The translations under genes and the position numbers were made by a program. The notes under the pieces were generated by a model. That model was not told where the DNA came from. It ran no database searches and was given only the letters and a program-made list of their open reading frames with translations. Below are positions 30,233 through 42,713 of a stretch of DNA of 64,000 nucleotides, piece after piece. This stretch comes from Paraspadella gotoi (taxonomy: Eukaryota > Animalia > Chaetognatha). The stretch is taken from the NCBI GenBank assembly GCA_051294375.1, contig CM119267.1, forward strand, positions 24,563,783 through 24,627,782, read 5' to 3'. Position 1 is the first letter of the stretch. Each line of letters begins with the position of its first letter.

Positions 30233-30345
30233 ATTTCTTTCCACACGATCTTCTGGAGAGATGAGACTCCATCTCAGTTCAGGTCGACGATTTGGCGAAG
30301 CGACTCTTCAAAGCGGGAAAGATCAAGTCTCTTCATAAGGAGAAA

Positions 30346-30346
<1 letters not shown>
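30233..30346 (+). CDS. PhyH-family gene, exon 2 (DFFPHDLLER*DSISVQVDDLAKRLFKAGKIKSLHKEK), in-frame TGA at 30262-30264
   Basis: CAG/GTGAG boundaries, 114 bp, phase 1 to 1. The frame is the same on both sides of the TGA. Confidence 0.75.
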
Positions 30347-30383
<37 letters not shown>

Positions 30384-30386
30384 AGC

Positions 30387-30419
<33 letters not shown>

Positions 30420-30433
30420 AGCGAGAGAGAGAG

Positions 30434-30465
<32 letters not shown>

Positions 30466-30668
30466 CGGAGAGAGAGAGAGAGAGAGAGAGAGAAATAAAA
30501 AGGAAGGAGCTTTTAAAATTTTAAAATAAAAAATAAAAAAATTTAAAATAAAAAAGATGCTTATTTATTGAAAGAGCGATCACACAAAGAGAACATTATA
30601 TACTACAGAAATAAACAATACAATAGCTACACATAATAATGTTTGGACATTCATTGTATTGTATTGTA

Positions 30669-30953
30669 TGTGGATAAGGCGCTAAGTGGGCAGAACATGA
30701 CTATCCATACCTTCTATAACCACCTCTAGCAGACATGGAACGGGTCCTGGGCTTGTAACCAGGCTTGAGGGTTTGCCACGCCCCCAAGGGGGCTTACGGC
30801 CGTCCTCACTCTTCCCGCAGGGTAGGTACCGGGTTGGGATTGAACCCGGTACCTAGTGGTCATGAGCTTATGGCTTTACTCAATGAGCCACCGGGTCACA
30901 ACTGAAAGAGTCATGCTTATAGGCGGGGTGAACCTAGGCAATGCCCGACTACA
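30669..30953 (-). mobile_element. Family 2 solo LTR-like element, copy D
   Basis: Full-length TGTAG...TCCACA. TATAA, A box TGGCTCATTGAG, CTCATGA loop, B box GGTTCAATCCC. Sits in a (TACAA)n tract. Confidence 0.85.
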
Positions 30954-31288
30954 GTATTGTATTGTATTTATTCATACAGCGGGTCCGAGGACCATGGGCC
31001 ACAGTGGTTTTACAAAAACACAAAGCAGACAACAAAGATACAAGAAGTAATACAATAAAAGATTATATATATATAAAAGATTATTTTTCCAGGAACTCAG
31101 TAAATTTAAGCAATGAATAAATTTTTTCGAACTAAAGAGTAACTAAGCGTGTTAATTAATAGTATGAATCCAATTCAGTTCAATAGTAAAAATCATTTGT
31201 ATCATATTCTGTTTCATAAAAGATAAAACATAATAATTGCCAGGTTAATAAACTTTCAGTGACAATCAGATTCTTTGTTCCTTTGTTT

Positions 31289-31381
31289 GTCTCGAGTCTC
31301 GAGTCTCGAGTCTCGAGTCTCGAGTCTCGAGTCTCGAGTCTCGAGTCTCGAGTCTCGAGTCTCGAGTCTCGAGTCTCGAGT
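31289..31381. repeat. Perfect 7-bp satellite (CTCGAGT)n
   Basis: About 13 identical units, each containing the palindrome CTCGAG. Confidence 0.95.
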
Positions 31382-32217
31382 TGAACTCTTTCGGCGACGA
31401 TGATAACCGATAATGAGTTGAGAGAGAAACACTTGTTGGAACAGTTGGTCACCGTCAAAAATGGAAATGTCACAAATGTTCGCGAGATGTCGTAGTGGTT
31501 TTGTCGATTGCCTCTTTGTTTAAATAGTCTTATTCGTCGACATACATAGTTATTGTCGTCTTCGTCGTCCTCGTCGGTCATTGTTGATGTCATCGCCATC
31601 GTCGTCGTCTCCCCTAGTCTTTTGTTCGAGATTCCAGTTCGACGTCTTTTGTTTTTCGCCGACGTACGCCGCACACGTCGCGCCCCCTAACCGCCGAATC
31701 GACGCCATCTTCACTTCCGGTTTTCTTTCTTACGATTTTCCGGGAGAAAAGATGATGAGGACGACACCGACGGCGACGAGAACGAAGCAGACGACGAAAA
31801 CGGCCGCTAGGAGCGTTCGAGTCTGGATGCCTGAATAAAAAAGTCGGGGGGGGGGGAATATTTAGAGTCAGAAACATAAAATGCATCGTGATCGTCGTTT
31901 CGGTTGTTGTTGTCGTCGTCGTCGTCGTCTTCATCTTTCTAAGTAAATTTTTTTTTTTTTTTGCTTTTTTATCCAAAACCACATGACATAGAAACATATA
32001 ATTATAATTATAATTATCTTTCAATTAAATTTTCTTTTTGAATTTATCTATAATTCTGAAGCTTTTTAGTTGTTATTCTTATGCAATTTTTATTTTTTTA
32101 AATTTTTGTTAATCGCCCTAATTAAATCAAGTTGCATACGGAATTGGATCTTTGTCGAGTTGAGTCTACGTATTCGATCTGAATGTCCGAGAAACAGAAC
32201 AAAGTGTCTGTGATAGT

Positions 32218-32465
32218 GAACATACCAAGCTGTAATAGAGAACATGCCAAGCAGTAGTATAGAACATTCCAAGCAGTAAGAGAGAACATACCAAGCTGTA
32301 ATATTAAAACATGCCAAGCTGTTACAGATAACATGCCAAGCTGTAACAGAAAATATGTTGTTAGAGAAAATGCCAAGCTGTAATCTAGAACATACCAAAC
32401 ACTAAAAGAGGCCAAGCCAAGCTGTAATAAATAACATGCCAAGCTGTAATAGAAAACTGGCAAGC
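32218..32465. repeat. About 22-bp minisatellite (AACATGCCAAGCTGTAATAGAG-like)
   Basis: Directly visible degenerate array. Confidence 0.85.
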
Positions 32466-33248
32466 TCTGCCCAATCATTCGATCTGACCTCTTCGAACTA
32501 CAGTGGGTTCTTCCTCCACCAAACGTCTGATGGATGATCCATCGCTTTCGCTTCTCTGCATTTTTTTCGGTCGCTGCTGTTGTGACTGCAGTTGCTGCAG
32601 CGGCTATCGTTTCCCTGCTGCGAATTCTGCTGAAATTGCTGCGGCCTGCATTGATTTTAAAAAGCGAAACTCGAAAAACCTTACTATAGTTTTTCTGTCA
32701 ATTTTAAATTTTGCAACAAGGTGGCAGTTAAATGACATTTAATAACAGTTATTGATAGTAAAGTGACAGTTAACTCACCTCCTTTTAGTTCGTTAATTAA
32801 TTATTTATCTTTTGCTGATTAATTTGTGTTTTTTATTTTATTTTTATATATATTTTCTTTTACGTAATCGATTCGTTTGTTTTGTTTTGTTTTGTTTTTT
32901 TTTCAGGAAATAATCCACAGCGCGATGATTCATCGCGATATGACAAACTCTTTCACGAATTCACGAAATCTCGGGGTTTTTTATTCCGCAGTTGTTTTTT
33001 TGTTGTTTTTTTTTTAAACTCCATCGTTGAAGTCGTAAAATATTTGTTTAAAGTTTAAATATGAAGTAGTTGATGTTCTAACATTATTTTAGAAAAAAAG
33101 AAGAAAATTTAAATTGGGACAGAAGGCGGAACTAATTTATTTTATTTAATTCCCCGCTTTTTTTTCACTTAAATTAGATGAACGTGAAAAAGTTTAGTGA
33201 CATCGAGTGAACTTGCTGAGTTTTTTATTGGTTAAAAAAACCTTCTTT

Positions 33249-33350
<102 letters not shown>

Positions 33351-33639
33351 CGGTTAGAGAGACTAAAAGGGATTTTCCTCTTTTATTATCGCTTTTACTT
33401 TGTTTACCTTATTTAGTTCCTTTTTTTTTCAAATGTGAGATTAAATATAATTTAATTAAAATTAGTATTTTATAGTAAAAACATAATTAATTCTTATTTA
33501 ATTAAAAAATTAAACCAATTAGAAAATGTTGTTTCTACTTAATTTACAAGGAATCCGATTATAATTTATATACACTGTGTTAAAAGTTTTTAAGAGATGT
33601 GTATTCTTGGCCTAGTTAAATCAGTAGATAAGACCTAGC

Positions 33640-33813
33640 TGTAGTCAGGCATTGCAATATAATTACCCCGTCTATAAGCATGTCACCTTCGAACCAAAAT
33701 TATGGCGTGGAAAACCCTCAAGCCTGGTTCAAAACCCAGGACCCTTTCCATTGCTGCTGAGGGGGCAGAGAAGATACGGAGAGTAGTCGTCAGCTCAATT
33801 AGCCTTATCCACA
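33640..33813 (+). mobile_element. Family 2 element, copy E, internally deleted (tRNA-like part missing)
   Basis: Retains both termini, TGTAGTCAGGCATTGC and GCCTTATCCACA. Confidence 0.75.
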
Positions 33814-33969
33814 ATCCACATATATGAAGCTTCTTTCTCAAAGGAACGTTTTATTTTCATATGAGTAATATCAATGGTATTTTAACAAATAACCAACATT
33901 ATGAAATTGGTACAACCATATATTTGATTAACTTTCTAACCGCAAATCCATTTTTCTCCATTCCGACAG

Positions 33970-34118
33970 ATTTCTTTCACCGCCTCTCGGCAGTGGAGGC
34001 GGAATTTCCCGGCACTTGCAATATTCTTCACAGATCCGGTCAATTGCCGCCGGAAGTGGAGGAGCTGTGGACGTTCGAGCCGCTCCTCAACATTGTGGAA
34101 CAGCTGGTGGGGCCAGAA
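33970..34118 (+). CDS. PhyH-family gene, exon 3 (DFFHRLSAVEAEFPG...PLLNIVEQLVGPE)
   Basis: CAG/GTGAGT boundaries, phase 1 to 0. LL.IVEQL.GP motif. Confidence 0.85.
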
Positions 34119-35236
34119 GTGAGTGGTGGAGCAGCTATGAAATCAGATCCGATAAGTAGAGAACAATCATTCAATCTATTGGTCTATTAGAGACATTTTA
34201 GTGAACAATGGACGAGATTTACAAGCCACGACACGACACCGTGACACAGTTGACACGTCGAGCGAATTTTTTCACTCCCGATTCCGCTGAGTCAGAATTG
34301 TGAGTCAATCACTGAGCCAGTGTTCTTGATAACGAAGCCCCGGGTTCTAGTCTACACTTTTGTCATATTTTCCATTTTAATCTTTCTTTCCCGTTTTTTT
34401 ATTTCCCTATTTCTTTTTTTAACTATTTTTTCTTTATTTCAATCTTCCAAGTTTCCTTTTTTTCTTCATTTTTTATAAATCTTTTTCTCCTTTTATTTTT
34501 ATACTTTTGTACTTCCTGATTCTCCGCGATCTTTTTTGTTATTTTTTTCCGGATTAATTCAATTTTTCTCTCACATTTTTTTTTCTTTCGGCAGAAAAAA
34601 AATAAGAAGAAACAAAAATAACAAAAAATAAGTAAGAAAATACTGTAGAAGACGAAAAATAGTAATAATAAAAGTAAGAAGAAGGTGAAGAATTGTGACG
34701 AAGTAAGAGAAGTAGAAAAGAAATGAGACTAGCTTTCTCCTGATCCACTTTTATCATCGCCCGGATCAACTTGACCTTCCGGTCGCCTCGGCCCTATTAC
34801 TGTGTCCGGTCAATCTAAGGTCATTGCCAAAGCTAGGGCAAAGTGACCGTGTGGAATAGACCGGCTCAGAGAAAGAGGAGAGAGAGAGAGAGAGACCGGT
34901 GGTAGGTCGCCTCAATACAAATATTATAAGCCACTGGGAGTGAATAAACGAGACTGTGAGAGAGTCTTGATTGAAAGCTTACAGGGACCTGGGGCAAGAT
35001 AGCTTATTTATTAAATGAATGGATAATTTTTATATTGGTTATAATATAATAGTTCATATTAAAAAAACTAAAAATATAATAAAAGACAAAAAAAAAACAA
35101 AATTGAAAAATAAAACCATAAAAACAACTTAAATTAAAAACAACCGCGACAATTCAACTACACGTCTCGTGCTAATCACCCCCTCCCGTCCCAGCCTTTC
35201 ATCCCAAACGCCCCCCTGTCCCAGTCCCCCACAAAG

Positions 35237-35407
35237 GTCGCGGTCATCCCGATCTGGAACTTGCGACCCAAAGCTCCGGGCGTCGCGTCCACCGACGTCC
35301 CCTGGCATCAAGACAACGCCTATTGCGACCAAGAAGCGATTCAGACGCTCATTCCGACGGCTTGGATTCCTCTCTTGGATGCTACGGAGGACAATGGGTG
35401 TATGCAG
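35237..35407 (+). CDS. PhyH-family gene, exon 4 with the HxD iron-binding motif (PWHQD...WIPLLDATEDNGCMQ)
   Basis: WHQD and W.PL.DA...NGC are hallmark PhyH motifs. Phase 0 to 0. Confidence 0.9.
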
Positions 35408-36526
35408 GTGGTTGGGGGCGGTGAGGGGGGTGTAAAGAAAGAAAAAGAAAGCAAGCAAGCAAGCAAGCAAGCAAAAGAAATAATATAAAGCTATCATGAA
35501 ATTAATAAATAAATAAATGTTTGAGTTGCCTCACTTTCTGACCGATTTTAAAAATGGCGACGATGTAGGTATCAAACGTTGTTTGTTTATTACAGTTCAA
35601 TGGCGACCAGGAGATGAAAACAATTCGATTTGTTTATAAATAAACGAGGATAAAACGTATAATGTGTTTCAAAAATATACCGTTCGACGTCGGAGACAAC
35701 TAAAGATTCTATAAAATTCAAACGTTTAGCAAAACANNNNNNNNNNNNNNNNNNNNNNNNNNNNNNNNNNNNNNNNNNNNNNNNNNNNNNNNNNNNNNNN
35801 NNNNNNNNNNNNNNNNNNNNNNNNNNNNNNNNNNNNNNNNNNNNNNNNNNNNNNNNNNNNNNNNNNNNNNNNNNNNNNNNNNNNNNNNNNNNNNNNNNNN
35901 NNNNNNNNNNNNNNNNNNNNNNNNNNNNNNNNNNNNNNNNNNNNNNNNNNNNNNNNNNNNNNNNNNNNNNNNNNNNNNNNNNNNNNNNNNNNNNNNNNNN
36001 NNNNNNNNNNNNNNNNNNNNNNNNNNNNNNNNNNNNNNNNNNNNNNNNNNNNNNNNNNNNNNNNNNNNNNNNNNNNNNNNNNNNNNNNNNNNNNNNNNNN
36101 NNNNNNNNNNNNNNNNNNNNNNNNNNNNNNNNNNNNNNNNNNNNNNNNNNNNNNNNNNNNNNNNNNNNNNNNNNNNNNNNNNNNNNNNNNNNNNNNNNNN
36201 NNNNNNNNNNNNNNNNNNNNNNNNNNNNNNNNNNNNNNNNNNNNNNNNNNNNNNNNNNNNNNNNNNNNNNNNNNNNNNNNNNNNNNNNNNNNNNNNNNNN
36301 NNNNNNNNNNNNNNNNNNNNNNNNNNNNNNNNNNNNNNNNNNNNNNNNNNNNNNNNNNNNNNNNNNNNNNNNNNNNNNNNNNNNNNNNNNNNNNNNNNNN
36401 NNNNNNNNNNNNNNNNNNNNNNNNNNNNNNNNNNNNNNNNNNNNNNNNNNNNNNNNNNNNNNNNNNNNNNNNNNNNNNNNNNNNNNNNNNNNNNNNNNNN
36501 NNNNNNNNNNNNNNNNNNNNNNNNNN

Positions 36527-36574
36527 AATTCCATTCGGCGGATTCCTATTGATTCAAAACTGCATCCCGCATCG
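36527..36574 (+). CDS. PhyH-family gene, 3' part of an exon emerging from the N gap (IPFGGFLLIQNCIPHR)
   Basis: Contains the distal iron-binding His. GTCAGT donor, phase 2, joins SLPN. Confidence 0.8.
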
Positions 36575-37278
36575 GTCAGTGGATGACAGACTATTGTGTT
36601 TGGGCCACCCGTGTGCAACAGGGTCAAGGGTTCGAGCCTCTTCCTTTTGTTTTATTTTCATTATGAATCGTTTGTGTATTAGTTAATTGTTTCGTTACTT
36701 TGTTTGTTTGTTAATTTGTTTGTCTCTTTAATAGTTCCATTGTTTGTTTGGTTTATTTGTTTGTTTTTTGTTCGCTTGTTGGGTTGTTTGTTTGGCTTAC
36801 TTTAAAATATAAACTGAACCATAACAGAAGAGTCATCGTCATCATCGTGATCATCATCATGACATGATCATCGTCGTCGTCATCATCATCATCATCATCA
36901 TCATTATTATTATTATTGTACAAAATTGTTTTATATTTTCTATGCTAACGCGAAGACGAACGTAATATTTAGCCCGCCGTATAATTGTTTAACGTGACTC
37001 CCACTGGACTATGAAGAAGAAGGACGTATCAAATTTGTGAACTTATATTTTCATGAAAACGTTCATCGGAAACTCGTAAAACAGAGTTTCTTAGCAAGCG
37101 AAAAACTTTCATATAGTTATCAGGAGAAAACTAAATAGTTCAAGAAATCTCTCACGGAAATTTAGCTATGAAGAGAACGGTTAAAAATGGCCGCGAAAAA
37201 TATAGGGGGATTTCACCAAAAGTCCTTATAAGGTTACATCATTCACAATTATAATCATCATCATAATGAAATTGACAG

Positions 37279-37392
37279 GTCTCTTCCGAATAAGACTGAC
37301 CAAATTCGCTGGAGCCTCGATTTAAGATTTCAGGATCCAAGGAAGCCCGTTGGATTTCACGGAATCAAAGATTGCCTTCCTTTTAAGACGGG
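37279..37392 (+). CDS. PhyH-family gene exon (SLPNKTDQIRWSLDLRFQDPRKPVGFHGIKDCLPFKTG)
   Basis: H.S..N.....R 2OG-binding motif. CAG/GTGAGT boundaries, phase 2 to 2. Confidence 0.85.
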
Positions 37393-38036
37393 GTGAGTGA
37401 AAGAGAAAATTAAAAAAAATACTACTAAGAAGCAATGAATGATACAAGAACAAAACATAGTTAAAGTTTTCTTAAAACAAAGAATGACAAACTAATCATA
37501 AAAATGAGGGCTGATGAGTTATAAACATAATCCACAGTGCCGGTTACTAAATGACTAAATCTTGAAAATACAAAAGATTATTGAAATATCGAATTTTTTT
37601 TTTTTGAAAAGTTGAGGCATTTTTGGATGCGACGTTGCATTCGTTTAACGAACATTTACATTTTGTTCTATTTCTCAAGGTTATATTTTATTTTATTTTA
37701 TTCTAGAAAACGTTAAAACAACATTCAAAGTTAAATGTTTACTTATTACCGGAAAAAATTTTTTCAATTAAAACTTTTTAATTTTTTTAAATTAAATTAG
37801 AAAAAAATATATTTTCTATCATGACGCCGCATCATGTGGCCGACGGCCCTCGACGTTAATTATCAATATAATTACTCGATTAAAAAAAATCCGGATTTTC
37901 GACGAAAAAAAAAAGATCGAATTACTTTCGCTGATCAAATTCGAATTAATGACTTCTTTAGATTAAGCGGGGGGGGGGCGAGGCACACTTTTAATTGTTA
38001 TTAATACTTTTACTAATTTTATTACTTTTACTACAG

Positions 38037-38101
38037 AGGGAAAATGATCGATAGAATCGATTGGGAAAAGTTTCGCGCCAAAGATCGAAAAAGCGACGAA
38101 G
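38037..38101 (+). CDS. PhyH-family gene exon (GKMIDRIDWEKFRAKDRKSDE)
   Basis: CAG acceptor and GT donor, phase 2 to 1, open frame. Confidence 0.7.
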
Positions 38102-38200
38102 GTTAAAATACTAATTCCAGTCAAAGTCTTTTTTTTTTGTTAGTTGGTATTTTAGTTATGTTATATAATTAAATTATATAAAACTTTTTGGTATTTTTAG

Positions 38201-38245
38201 ATTCGTTGGAAACAAAGGAGGAAGCATTCGATACGAGGATTGCAG
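38201..38245 (+). CDS. PhyH-family gene exon (DSLETKEEAFDTRIAG). Terminal exon probably lies in the following gaps
   Basis: TAG/GTGAAT boundaries, phase 1 to 1. Confidence 0.65.
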
Positions 38246-38349
38246 GTGAATTAAAATTTAAGATATATAAACTTATCTCATATTATAACAATGATAAACA
38301 AACTTGAAATTCTACATTCCATGGCATGTGCTTAGAAGTTAGAACCTGT

Positions 38350-38975
38350 AGGTCAAGGCGTAGTGAAAGTTGCAGATGAAAATACGAATAGTTGTTCATG
38401 AACAGTCTTGTACTAACAAACAATGATATATAAATTTTTTTTTATTTCACAATTTTCGCATACGCCCATATTTAAACATATTACTTACCATAGAAAATGT
38501 GAAAATTTTAAATTAGTTTTTTTTTAGTTTAGAAAGCAGATTCGAATTCCTCATAAAAAGTTGATGAAAGAAAAGTCTTAATCCAAAATTTTTTCATTAA
38601 GTTGGCTAAAAATTTTAAAAAATATATTTTTTATACTAAAATTAAATTATAGGTTAACTGTAACAGTTTTTTTAGGATTTTGACCGACTTAATAAAATAA
38701 TTTTCTAAAAAGAGTTATATTTTTTTTTATTAACTTTTGTGAGGAATTCGAACCTGCTTTCAAAAATAAGTATTTTCTATTTTAAAATTTTAACATTTTA
38801 ACATTTTTTATGGAAAGTACTATGCATAAATATAGACGTATGCAAAAATTAATAAATTTAAAAAATAAATTTTTATATATAAATGTTCACAGGTACAAGC
38901 CTGTTCAATGTTCATGATCTACTATTCGAAATTTGATTCAACTTGATTTTAATATTTTTGCTATGCTTTACTGTA
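38350..38975. mobile_element. Foldback/MITE-like element with long imperfect inverted arms
   Basis: For example AAAGCAGATTCGAATTCCTCATAAAAAGTTGAT versus ATTAACTTTTGTGAGGAATTCGAACCTGCTTT, and GAACAGTCTTGTAC versus GTACAAGCCTGTTC. Confidence 0.65.
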
Positions 38976-41617
38976 GTTATACAAGATATATAATATTTAC
39001 AAGTATATTATAAGGTATTACANNNNNNNNNNNNNNNNNNNNNNNNNNNNNNNNNNNNNNNNNNNNNNNNNNNNNNNNNNNNNNNNNNNNNNNNNNNNNN
39101 NNNNNNNNNNNNNNNNNNNNNNNNNNNNNNNNNNNNNNNNNNNNNNNNNNNNNNNNNNNNNNNNNNNNNNNNNNNNNNNNNNNNNNNNNNNNNNNNNNNN
39201 NNNNNNNNNNNNNNNNNNNNNNNNNNNNNNNNNNNNNNNNNNNNNNNNNNNNNNAACAAAAGAACAACGAGGAGACTTTCATCAATTGGCATTAGGGCGT
39301 AATGAAAGTTTTATACATAATAAAAATTAAAGTATAAATCAAAAAAAAATATTAAGGTAATAGAATATACTTTGTATACCAAAAACCCTATATAATTTAA
39401 ATGACTTAAGCATTGAAAAACCTCTAATCTNNNNNNNNNNNNNNNNNNNNNNNNNNNNNNNNNNNNNNNNNNNNNNNNNNNNNNNNNNNNNNNNNNNNNN
39501 NNNNNNNNNNNNNNNNNNNNNNNNNNNNNNNNNNNNNNNNNNNNNNNNNNNNNNNNNNNNNNNNNNNNNNNNNNNNNNNNNNNNNNNNNNNNNNNNNNNN
39601 NNNNNNNNNNNNNNNNNNNNNNNNNNNNNNNNNNNNNNNNNNNNNNNNNNNNNNNNNNNNNNNNNNNNNNNNNNNNNNNNNNNNNNNNNNNNNNNNNNNN
39701 NNNNNNNNNNNNNNNNNNNNNNNNNNNNNNNNNNNNNNNNNNNNNNNNNNNNNNNNNNNNNNNNNNNNNNNNNNNNNNNNNNNNNNNNNNNNNNNNNNNN
39801 NNNNNNNNNNNNNNNNNNNNNNNNNNNNNNNNNNNNNNNNNNNNNNNNNNNNNNNNNNNNNNNNNNNNNNNNNNNNNNNNNNNNNNNNNNNNNNNNNNNN
39901 NNNNNNNNNNNNNNNNNNNNNNNNNNNNNNNNNNNNNNNNNNNNNNNNNNNNNNNNNNNNNNNNNNNNNNNNNNNNNNNNNNNNNNNNNNNNNNNNNNNN
40001 NNNNNNNNNNNNNNNNNNNNNNNNNNNNNNNNNNNNNNNNNNNNNNNNNNNNNNNNNNNNNNNNNNNNNNNNNNNNNNNNNNNNNNNNNNNNNNNNNNNN
40101 NNNNNNNNNNNNNNNNNNNNNNNNNNNNNNNNNNNNNNNNNNNNNNNNNNNNNNNNNNNNNNNNNNNNNNNNNNNNNNNNNNNNNNNNNNNNNNNNNNNN
40201 NNNNNNNNNNNNNNNNNNNNNNNNNNNNNNNNNNNNNNNNNNNNNNNNNNNNNNNNNNNNNNNNNNNNNNNNNNNNNNNNNNNNNNNNNNNNNNNNNNNN
40301 NNNNNNNNNNNNNNNNNNNNNNNNNNNNNNNNNNNNNNNNNNNNNNNNNNNNNNNNNNNNNNNNNNNNNNNNNNNNNNNNNNNNNNNNNNNNNNNNNNNN
40401 NNNNNNNNNNNNNNTAAATTGTTCGATCAAATTATAATAATAAATATTATAATAATAATAATATAAAATAGTAAAGCTATCTTGCCCCAGGCTTTGGTGG
40501 TTTGTGTCCTCCATCACTCTTACAAGATAATGAGATAGCAGGTCCGTGTAAGCTTAAATCAAGACTCTCTCACAGTCTAGTTTATTCACTCTCAGAGTAC
40601 CTGGATTCCTTGTCAATGAAGTGGTAAAATTAATAATTATTAAATGAATTATTAATACCTTCTTCAAGGCATTAGGGGTGGCTCCGCGGGGAAACGCACC
40701 ATCGCAACTGCTCGTTCTATCCACAGACTTAACTACCTCACGCTGCGTTGGTAATACTTGTAAAACTAGTAAAACCGCGCAAGTAGCATGCGCCGCGACT
40801 GTGGGTCCACAGCAGCTAACGCCAGCAGCCGAGTTTCCTCAATCGGGCATCTCAGCCAACTCGGGTGATGCCGTAACAGTTTAATTTATAATTTTATATG
40901 TATTTTGTTACCTTCTACTTTATGTTCGTCGACTTTATAGGAATTGAAAATCATTAATAAAATGTAGAGAAGAAAAATAGCAAAGACGACTAAGCGTCGA
41001 CCGTTGGGCCGAAGTCGTAACAAGACGTCCATTCAGGACTTTGGCGGCATAAATCCGATTTACATATACCGGTTTGAGAATTAAGTTTAAAAAACGATCG
41101 TTGGCCATTTAAACCTGAACTAAAACCTAAAAAAAACAATTTGCACTGATTTCTTTTAGTTTTTTTTTTTTTTTTTTCGTAAATGAGACGATGAGTCATC
41201 GGTTATGAAAAATGAATTTTTGTCACCGGGCGTAGTGATGAGTTATTTTAAGACAATTAGTTTTTATTTGGTTACGTAAATTGGATCGAACCGAGAAAAC
41301 TTTTAGAGTCTAGTCCATATTTTACGACCAAAAAAAATGTATTTTAAAAAAACAATTTCATTTTGTTTTCTGTCATTTTTTTTTTTAATAAGTTTTTTGT
41401 TTCGTTTCCACACGAGCGTAAAAAATGATCCAAAGTGGAAAAACCAAGAATTCGCGATTCTTCGTTCGAATGAACCGGTTATTGATAAAGGTGAGGTAAG
41501 TTGGAGTCTCATTAAATGCCGAAGATAAAAGGTAAGGCATGGTAGAGCCGGTTGAAATATGAAGAGAGAAAGTTAGTTTGTCGACTGCGAAGCCAATTTA
41601 AAAATGTATTGAGGACC

Positions 41618-41668
41618 AAGTGCTGATGAAGACTCAAAAATAGCAGTCGAAACATGTTTTTTAATAAA
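41618..41668 (+). ncRNA. Degenerate minimal type I hammerhead ribozyme core (Penelope-type)
   Basis: CTGATGA-A-GACT-loop-AGTC-GAAAC-ATGTT followed by AATAAA. Helix I is not recognisable. Confidence 0.5.
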
Positions 41669-42314
41669 AAAAAAAAAACCTTTGTCTGTAAACAAATAAA
41701 CTTTGTTTTCTCTTTAACTAAAACGCGACGAAAAGAAAAGCTTTTGAGGATCATATTTTATAATTAAATCAGTCTAATGAATTAACATGAGTCAGCTTCG
41801 GTTTTTTTCGTTAAGAAGAAAAGATTCCCCATAATATTAAAGCGACTTAACGGTTTTAAATTAAACATTCATGAGATTCCATCGATTTCTAAGAATGCCA
41901 ATTATAATGGATAACATATTCTTCGCGCTATAAAAATAATTTAGAAATTTCTGTTACACCAACTCTAATACTTGCTCAAAACTCGACAGTATAATTGACA
42001 TGAATTTAATTGGGTCGTAACTGCAGGTTCAAAGCCTTGAGCGCCAGCTGTCGTGAGATTCCTCACTCACCCGGCATCACACATGTCCCCACGTTGCCAT
42101 AACTTTTTTCGTTTTTTCACCTCTCAGCACACCAGAATATCCGTACTGAGCCTAAGGCGATATTTATAAATTCTACATTCTTTTTCCAATCACTCTATCA
42201 ATAAATCTTGCCGATTTTTTTTTTTCACCCTTTTTCCTCGATTTTATGTTTCCTCGTTTTCAATACATTTTCAGTTCATTGTCAATTCATTTTCAATTCA
42301 TTATCTCTGCAGCC

Positions 42315-42713
42315 ATGACGAAGAAGCGGCTCCTCCAATCTCTCCTCAACCTCCTCCTCCTCTTCATCTCTATCCTCCTCCACGTGGCCGACATTGCCGG
42401 TCTTGACATCGGGACCGACGTCAAGACCTTCGTCGATTCTCGATCCTCCGCCAACTCCCTCGTCCGCAGATCCTCTTGGGCGATCCTCCTCTTCGTCGTC
42501 CTCGTCCACTCGGTCGTCTCCGCCGTCTACGCCGCCGTGTCGCTGGCCGAGTCGGGCGCGGATTATTCTCGGATCCGCACCAAGTGGGTAGTGCCGTTTT
42601 CGTGCCTGCTGGGGCTGGGCTCCGTTCCGCTCTCCATCGATTTGCATTTCGAGGAAGAAGAAGAAGGAAGGAGAAAGAAGGAGAAGGAAGGAGGCGTTGC
42701 TGTCATCAGTTAA
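42315..42713 (+). CDS. Putative multi-pass membrane protein fragment, possibly XK-related N-terminus
   Basis: GC-rich ORF after an acceptor-like CTGCAG, three hydrophobic segments, LHVAD...DIGTDV motif. The stop may be an indel error because the duplicate copies differ. Confidence 0.35.
   Translation: MTKKRLLQSLLNLLLLFISILLHVADIAGLDIGTDVKTFVDSRSSANSLVRRSSWAILLFVVLVHSVVSAVYAAVSLAESGADYSRIRTKWVVPFSCLLGLGSVPLSIDLHFEEEEEGRRKKEKEGGVAVIS

Noticed and set aside
32503-32742. Cys-rich 79-aa ORF
   Set aside because: GTG start, CAG/CTG-rich low complexity, no recognisable family or splice-consistent partner.
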